Part shown: positions 57,001 through 64,000 of the stretch, one piece after another
Layout of the letters: every line of letters starts with the position of its first letter
How positions within the stretch are numbered: the stretch's first letter is position 1
NCBI GenBank assembly: GCA_002269645.1
Contig: NIVC01000299.1
Location: 268,598-332,597, forward strand
Source: Macrostomum lignano
Lineage: Eukaryota
Direction of reading: 5' to 3'
DNA: 64,000 nt
Position numbers and translations under genes: made by a program
The notes under the pieces: model-generated
What the model saw: only the letters and a program-made list of their open reading frames with translations
Told to the model about the DNA's origin: nothing
Databases searched by the model: none

Positions 57001-59639
57001 ATTAGGCCACCGACCCTCCCCGGTTTTATTGCTCTACAACCGGCCCCAGTTAATTTAAACATCAACCCCATTAGGCCACCGACCCTCCCCGGTTTTATTG
57101 CTCTACAACCGGCCCCAGTTAATTTAGACACCAACCCCATTAGGCCACCGACCCTCCCCGGTTTTATTGCTCTACAACCGGCCTCAGTTAATTTAGACAC
57201 CAACCCCATCAGGCCACCGACCCTCCCCGGTTTTATTGCTCTACAACCGGCCCCAGTTAATTTAAACATCAACCCCATTAAGCCACCGACCCTCCCCGGT
57301 TTTACTAGGACACAAACTAAGCCAAATCTTCAACTTGCCCTCTCAGTCTGAAGCGAAATCCAGAGTTTTTCGCCTACCTGCTGGTGCTGCCATGCGTGCT
57401 TCTGTCCTCGCTGACCCTGGTCATCTTCTGGCTGCCGCCTGAGAGTCCTGCCAAGATGCTGCTGGGTGAGTGAAGCTCAAATGCAAGACAGTTTTCAGTC
57501 AATCCAGAACACGCTCTTGCAAGCTTTGCTTAGTTCGAATAAAACACAAATTCTAACAAAGCGACTCATCACCTGTCCGCAGGCATGAACATTTTCGTCG
57601 CCTTCTTCCTGCTGTTGCTGCTTTTGGCTGAATCCACGCCGTCCGCCTCAACCAGCGTCCCCTACATTGGTGAGTCGGACAGTCAGTAACCGGAGCTAAA
57701 ACGGTTGCTTTTGGATAGAAACCAAAGCCATAGACGCCCGACACTTGCGATAGAGTGTCAGAGGTTCGATTCCGCGTACGTTTGTGCTCCTCATGCGAAA
57801 ACTGAAATTTTCACCCGCAGGATTCTACTACTGTCTGAACATGCTGCTCATCACTCTGTCCACTTTTCTGAGCGTTATCGTCATTAATTTGTACTTCCGA
57901 GGCGACAAACGAAACAGACTGCCCGGCTGGCTTAAGAAGGTTTGTATAGACCGAGTCTAATAAGCGGGTGCCTCCTGTCCTGACGTGGGTGCCTCCTGTC
58001 CTGACGTGGGTGCCTCCTGTCCTGACGTGGGTGCCTCTGTCCTGACGTGGGTGCTTCTGTCCTGACGTGGGTGCCTCCTGTCCTGACGTGGGTGCCTCTG
58101 TCCTGACGTGGGTGCTTCTGTCCTGAAGTGGGCGCCTTCTGTGCTGAAGTGGGTGCCTTCTGTGCTGAAGTGGGTGCCTCCTGTCCTGAAGTGGGTGCCT
58201 CCTGTCCTGAAGTGGGTGCCTCCTGTCCTGAAGTGGGTGCCTCTTGTACTGAAGTGGGTGCCTTCTGTGCTGAAGTGGGTGCTTCTGTCCTGAAGTGGGT
58301 GCCTTCTGTGCTGAAGTGGGTGCCTTCTGTGCTGAAGTGGGTGCCTCCTGTCCTGAAAAGGGTGCCTTCAGTCCTGAAGTGAGTGCCTCCTGTCCTGAAA
58401 AGGGTGCCTCCTGTCCTGAAGTGGGTGCCTTCTGTACTGAAGTGCGTGCTTCTCTCCTGAAGTGGGTGCCTCCTGTCCTGAAGTGGGTGCCTCTTGTACT
58501 GAAGTGGGTGCCTTCTGTGCTGAAGTGGGTGCCTTCTGTGCTGAAGTGGGTGCCTTCTGTGCTGAAGTGGGTGCCTCCTGTCCTGAAAAGGGTGCCTTCA
58601 GTCCTGAAGTGAGTGCCTCCTGTCCTGAAAAGGGTGCCTTCTGTACTAAAGTGCGTGCTTCTCTCCTGAAGTGGGTGCTTCTGTACTGAAGTCTGTGCCT
58701 CCTGTTCTGAAGTAGGCGCTTCTGTCCTGAAGTGGGCGCGCCTCTATCCTGAAATGCCACAGGTCAACGTGGCATTGGTTATAACTCTGGTCAAAGTTTT
58801 TCGCACAAAAACCTGTCAATCCGCCGCCTCCGCAGTGCATCGAATTCCTGGCCAAGATGCTCTGCATGCGGCAGGTGATCACCAAGAGCGAGACGGAGAA
58901 GCTGCGCCTCATCCGTTCTGAGATCAAGCACAACCGGCACCACAACAAAAAGAAGAAGCAGGGCCGGCGAGCTCAAGTTGTGGAACTGGCCGGCGATACC
59001 GGCGGCGGGCCGACCTCCTTAACGTCGCAGAGGTTCCAGAACTACGTCGACGAGGCGTCGGTGCGCGACTCCATCGCAGCAGCCGCCGCGGCCGCCGCTT
59101 CAGGCGGAGGATCCGGTGGTTTCGACTTCCAGCAGCAGCAGCATCAGCAGCAAATGTTGCTATCCTTGGGAGGCAACAGCGCCGCAAACCACCCAGGTTA
59201 CCCGGATGAGTCTCTGCTGTTCCATCCGCAGTTCCAACAGCAGCAACAACAGCAGCAGCAGCAAAAGCAGCAGCAGCAGAACCTACTCAAACAGGCTGAA
59301 GACTCCACCATCCACCTGACGCAGTCGATGGAAAGCGACCTCCGCGAGATTCGCCGATCGATCCGCAACCTGATGATGCGCCTGGCTCAGAAGGACGCCA
59401 CGCAGAAGGTGGCTCGCGAATGGCGCATGGTGGCTCTAGTGCTGGACAGGATCTTCTTCTGGTGCTACCTGGTCATCATCATCACGGCCGGCTTCACCCT
59501 GCTCATGCCGACCAGCCCGGCCGCGAGCCGGATCGAGGAGACCATCGAGGAGTACAAGGCCGATTACACGACGGTCCGGCCAGCCCCGATGACCACGGCG
59601 CCACCGGAGCCGGCCACTGTGGGCTACTCGATGCTCTGA
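48058..59639 (+). CDS. Nicotinic acetylcholine receptor alpha subunit, predicted anion-selective (ACh-gated chloride channel type)
   Basis: Exons 48058-48145 (signal peptide [29 protein letters not shown]), 55382-55575, 55800-55909, 56243-56577, 57347-57465, 57583-57669, 57821-57939 and 58836-59639, all GT-AG. Motifs: WTPDIVLYN, Cys loop [23 protein letters not shown], loop [12 protein letters not shown] (vicinal Cys), M1-M3, long M3-M4 loop and M4 ([15 protein letters not shown]). The 1856 nt sum is one base short of 619 codons because of the C5 run at 56315-56319. Confidence 0.95.
48345..48960. repeat. 58-bp (2x29) minisatellite in nAChR intron 1
   Basis: CTTCAGGGGTAAT recurs with period 58 (48424, 48482 and onward). 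Confidence 0.9.
49432..50075. repeat. 33-bp minisatellite (GAGCATGGACTCAATGGGGAATCTCTCTCAGAT) split by a LINE insertion
   Basis: Arrays at 49432-49686 and 49949-50075. Confidence 0.9.
49687..49948 (+). mobile_element. 5'-truncated non-LTR retrotransposon (262 bp: end of ORF2, 3'UTR and (TAAG)n tail)
   Basis: 8-bp TSD GAGCATGG at 49679-49686 and 49949-49956; tail TAAGTAAGTAAGTAA. The translation [34 protein letters not shown] resembles the extreme C-terminus of I-group LINE ORF2. Confidence 0.75.
50662..51440. repeat. Adjacent 11-bp (CATGGACACAC) and 20-bp (CAGCTGATACCACAGACACA) arrays
   Basis: Direct periodicity; the switch occurs at about 50845. Confidence 0.92.
52750..53245. repeat. 42-bp minisatellite (TTCCAGCTTGTGCGATGTGCTTGGTCTTCGTCGACATGACAT), about 12 copies
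   Basis: Direct periodicity. Confidence 0.95.
55981..56175. repeat. 21-22-bp array (GACAGCCCTAAGCCAACCCTG) in nAChR intron 3
   Basis: Direct periodicity. Confidence 0.9.
56902..57305. repeat. 69-bp minisatellite, about 6 copies, in nAChR intron 4
   Basis: CCGGCCCCAGTTAATT recurs at 56902, 56971 and onward. Confidence 0.92.
57965..58745. repeat. 20-21-bp minisatellite (GTGGGTGCCTCCTGTCCTGAA) filling nAChR intron 7
   Basis: Direct periodicity. Confidence 0.92.
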
Positions 59640-60922
59640 GCTCCGAGCGGCTGCTCATTTTTCTCCTGACCGGCTTGAAAGAAGCCAGAAGAAGACTGTG
59701 CGTGTGCGATTGACAGAAATTGTGTCTCTTCCAGTAGATGGTTGACCAGCAATTGCGCCGGATGGACTAACTTTCCAGCTAGCAGACTGTGTTTCAAACG
59801 AGCTCGTACAGCACTGCATATAATACTAGTAGTAGTGTACATTAGAATGCATTGTAGTGTTTTTCTCTTAACCCTCTTACTGTGAACAGTTACAAAAACA
59901 CCTGATGGCCACTGATAACGTAATGATACTACTTTCATCTAGGCGTCTGTTCAGAGTTTTGGTGCAAAATTTGGGGGGGGGTTCCTTGGTCCCTTCTATG
60001 GCCAAAACCGACAGATCTCATAAACTCTGACAGTGGCCATCAGGTGTTTCAAAACCCGCGCTTGCGTCATGCATCAAATCAGAAGGGTTGTTTTGTCATT
60101 CAAAAATTTCGTTTCATTTTCTTAAAGTATATTTCAGGATGTTGCACTGGGCAATGTATTTTAAGCTACTTACAGTAAGTAGTATAAAGCATCCTACAGT
60201 GCAATGGTACAGTGCAATAGTTGCATTGAAAGCAGTATCTAAAAATCAATCATTTTTTAATTTAAAATGCAATAAAACATTTAATTTTAAATTTCCCGCT
60301 CAAATTTGCAGCACATTTCTGCTTTACTGGAAAACACCGGAAAATTGCGTCATTTCCCGTCGTTTTTTGCTGATGCAATAAAATTGAAAAAAAGTTTTGT
60401 TTTTCATTCTAGACCTGTAAAGTTGTGTACATTAGCTGCATTATTGTACATTAAATATATTATAAGTAGGCTCCAGTAGTAAATTGTCGGCATAGATGAT
60501 GTCGCTTATGTTTATCAAAATAAATTTCGTAAATATTAATGTAATAAAGTTCGATAATCAATCAACAACAGCATTCTGTTGCTGTTTTTGAAATCAATTT
60601 CCACTGTTTTATTGACACTTTGCATAGGGGAAATAAATTCACGCGGCTTGAGAATTCTTATAGGTAACCAGTTGCCATGCAGCATAATAGATGCGATCTG
60701 AAAATCAATACTGTTTAAAACTGATGAGTTCTCTGCTGAGATATTGTCTGCTTGTTGGACTTTAGCTACTAAATTTTTACTACGATGTTCTGAGCTCTGT
60801 GTAAATAACGCCGATTATTCGGCAGCCCTAAGTTAAACACAACGAGATGCGGAACTCTTGTTTTACAAATAGGCTTAACGTCTCGTAATCTGTTCTCTCA
60901 GAATATCATCGCCTAAGCCAAT

Positions 60923-62594
60923 TCAGTCACCCAGCCTCTCCACTGAGAGGTCCTTGAAGTAGGCGACTCCAAAGTTTTGAGTTCCAACGGCAGCCCAGCC
61001 GGACGGCAACTTCTCCCAGCCGGAAGTGCCATTGTAGGCCAGCTTGTGGTTGACTCTCAGCTGCACGAAGCCCTTCAGCATCTGCAGGGACACCGAGATC
61101 CAGCTGTCTCTGGCCAGCCCGTCAAGCACGGATGAGTACACCGCCTGCTGCATGCCTGCGGGTTGTTGCATCGGGACAAAAGTACTTAACCCAAAAAGAC
61201 TTTTTAATAACCTTTTGTTTTCTCTTCCATGTCTCCATGCTCCGAAGCAACCCACCATAGTCCCTGGTCATGAGCAAATCAAGCAGCTCACCATAGTCCC
61301 TGGTCATGAGCAAATCAAGCAGCTCACCATAGTCCCTGGTCATGAGCAGTACGGTGCAGTATCCGCCACAGCCGGGGCCCTGCAGCGGCAGCAACCAGGC
61401 AAAAACGCCGCTAGAATGCACCATCGATGCGCCAGCCTGATTGGCCTGCAGCCCCAGGTAGACACCGGTGCTGGCGTTCGCCCAGGTGGGCAGCCACACT
61501 GAGCAGTTGATTCTCGAGTCCGTCCAGCTGTAGTCTCCAATCAGGGCGCCAGGCCTGGGGAATCGGGGATAGCAGGTGTCAACTGGCGGCTGCGTCACCA
61601 CCTGCGCCATGGCTCGCTTGCCGTCGGGTGCGGAGCGAACCTCCCAGACGCCGGCCTGAGGTGCAAGGTAGCGCGGCTCCTCCTCATCGCGCAGCTCTGC
61701 CACGGTCAAGGAGATGAAAGCGGGGATCGAGGTTGGAAATCAATATTCTGATCAACTTTGACGAAATCTGGTTGCCAATCTGAGGGATACCACTGAAGGT
61801 TACGCAGCCTGTGCTCGTGTAGTTCAAGCGCATGGACCGGTCTTTCATCATTTTCGCACCTAACCGTCAGTGTGGAGCATCTCAAAGCTTTGTCTAGCTA
61901 TGGTCTTTGCAACCAAACTTGCAGCCAAACTTGACTGGATTGACCTACTCTTGGCATGGAACTCATGAGAGCAACGACTAGCGGGCCCGTGTTTCTTGAG
62001 GGTCCGACATCGAGGGGCTGGCCGAAATACAAGAAAAAACAAATGATAAGCTTGTAAATTATTGCACTCGTCTTTCTCATTTTGTTGAAGTCGTCAAGGC
62101 TTGTCCGACGATGAACCAGAGATCCAATTGATAAAGGATGCATCTGGCTTGACCAAATCCCAAACCATAACCTAAACCCTACCCTAACCCTAACCCAGAT
62201 CATCGGCAGTCTAATGATGGTATTCTTATTGGCCGTTGGCAAGAACTCCGCACCGTTGATGTCCTCTCGATAGACATCCGGGAAGAAGGTCTCGTTGGTT
62301 GGCGCCTTCTCGTTAACGATCTGAGACGGATCGTCCGTCGGTCCCGCGTCGTCCATCGTGGTCAGGGTCAGAATGGTGTTCTTGGCCAGCGTCAGCTTTA
62401 AAGTGCCGTTAACGACCTGGAATGTTGCAACAAGTTTACAAAGCAGATGAGTCTACTGTTAATAGGAAGAACTGCACAAACCACAGAGTTTTTTGTCATC
62501 TTACCGGAAAGTCCGGCAGCTTCTGAAACAGTCGGGCAGTTCGGTTGCCGTAGTCGAACACGGACTGACGCACTCGGAACCTCGTGATTGACGA
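60923..62594 (-). CDS. GALC: Galactocerebrosidase (galactosylceramidase, GH59), 3' exons; the 5' part was not identified in the window
   Basis: Exons 62594-62505 (phase 0-0), 62416-62254 (0-1), 61696-61328 (1-1) and 61155-60923 (1-stop), all GT-AG and in frame. Matches to the GALC C-terminal region: TLKLTL..NTILTLTT, FPDVYREDIN, EPRYLAPQAGVWE (cf. EAPNFADQTGVFE), ALIGDYSWTD (cf. SIIGDYNWTN) and GWAAVGTQNFGVAYFKDLSVE (cf. [21 protein letters not shown]). Confidence 0.9.
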
Positions 62595-64000
62595 CTGCAT
62601 GTAACAGGGAAGCGGTGCGAATTCAAACATAATTTAGAAATGATTTTATAAAGAATATATGCAATATCACTGCCAGGTGTTGTAAAAATTTAGGGTGTCA
62701 TCCGTGAAAATTCGCGAGTTTACGGATAACATGTCAGGGTGTTTCAGGATGTCAGGGTGTCAGGGTGTCAGGGTGTCAGGCGTGAAACGAAGAAACAGCT
62801 GGGACCACATTTCTGAGAGAAGATCGTCTTTGCTATTTGATTCTCGAGAGCAAATTTGCGGTCAATTGACTGAGAAACCGATTTCCGCTGATTTTATTGA
62901 GTCATTGGCCTCCTTTATTTATACCTAAGGTTATTAGATAAAATCTCTTTGACCGATTTTAATATCCTTAGATTTTCATTGACTGTTGTTTGATTGTTGG
63001 TTGATTGATTGATAATCCTATAGTAACGGATAGAAACACAGATTCTGATTCTGCAATTTCTGGACGAAGACGTCCCTTTTGGAAGACCTGCCTGCTGTCA
63101 GAAAATTGATGACATTGCTGACTTCCAAGCTCGAGAGGGATTAAAGTAAAGACTTCGACGCAATTGAACCGTTCCTTGAACTACGCATAAAATCACTCTC
63201 GTATCCAACAGAGTTCAGAGCAACGGGAGAACTTACTACTTGTGATCTCAGGCGCCAAATAAAAGCCTAAACGAAACCGCGACATTAAGTGACCCTTAAC
63301 CGTGTTTTCAGGCAGTGTAAAATGTGTGCCTTGGGTTTTTGGCCCTCGTAGGCGTCTCGGGTCTTAAGCGAGCGGCAAGCCCCAATTTTACGTGACCGCG
63401 CGCATGGAATCATAAGTAGTATATGTTTCTTTGACACAAAGCCGATTTCCTTATGGCGAAATACATAGTAAGTACAGCCCCAAAAAAATGGCAGAGTCCG
63501 AAATTTGCCGTGCACGCAAACTAGCTTTTACGCAATGAATTAACCAATTAGCTGAATCACTTTTACGCAAACACCTGTCTATCAACCTAAACTCTTTCCG
63601 CAATGAATGCAGCTAATTACAAGCCCAACCAAAATTCAATTTGACACAAAGCTTATTTCGCGTATAACTTAACGCATTTAAATTCTTCTTTTCAAGCAGT
63701 ATTGTATATTTCAACTAGATACAAACACAATTTGACGCACAAATTAGCGAGTTTACAAATATTGAGGCAGCATCTTAAAACAAAATTGCGTAATTTACCA
63801 TACAAGTATCGAAACGAACCAGTGCGACTTATATTCCGTTTAAAAACGCTTCGAATAAAACACTCTAGGTTTCTTCTGGTAGTCAACTTATGAAAAATAA
63901 AAAAATTACCCAAAATCCGCAACTTCCACTCTGTGGGTATTGGGTAGCAAAGCGACTATAACACCAATTTTTCGAATTTCCACACTCCTTTCCTAACCAT

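Noticed and set aside
62960-63922. Short minus-strand ORFs as further GALC exons
   Set aside because: No resemblance to the expected upstream GALC sequence; the remaining exons probably lie beyond the window.

Overview
Eukaryotic, intron-rich invertebrate genomic DNA. The gene content and the very dense intronic micro/minisatellites suggest a lophotrochozoan, most likely a free-living flatworm of the Macrostomum type (inference). Most long ORFs in the supplied track are tandem-repeat artefacts, so real genes were rebuilt by hand from GT-AG sites and exon phase. Genes found: (1) a plus-strand multi-exon vWA-domain protein with an Arg-rich helical C-terminus, 5' end unresolved (2461-13083); (2) a minus-strand neuropeptide precursor encoding 11 -SPRL(G)amide peptides (16702-17241); (3) two tandem minus-strand insulin-like peptide genes, one intact with 8 Cys and a CCC motif (24100-24739) and one with a remodelled or degenerate A chain and no evident signal exon (20660-22602); (4) an 8-exon nicotinic acetylcholine receptor alpha subunit with the anion-selective Pro-Ala M2 signature, two candidate signal-peptide first exons (40268 and 48058) and a 1-bp frameshift in a C run; (5) the 3' part of a galactocerebrosidase (GH59) gene on the minus strand (60923-62594), convergent with the receptor. 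Also present: two tRNA-derived SINE copies with TSDs, a 5'-truncated LINE, MITE/foldback-like elements, decayed TE fragments and about 35 tandem arrays, many abutting or duplicating splice sites. No prokaryotic features or CRISPR arrays.
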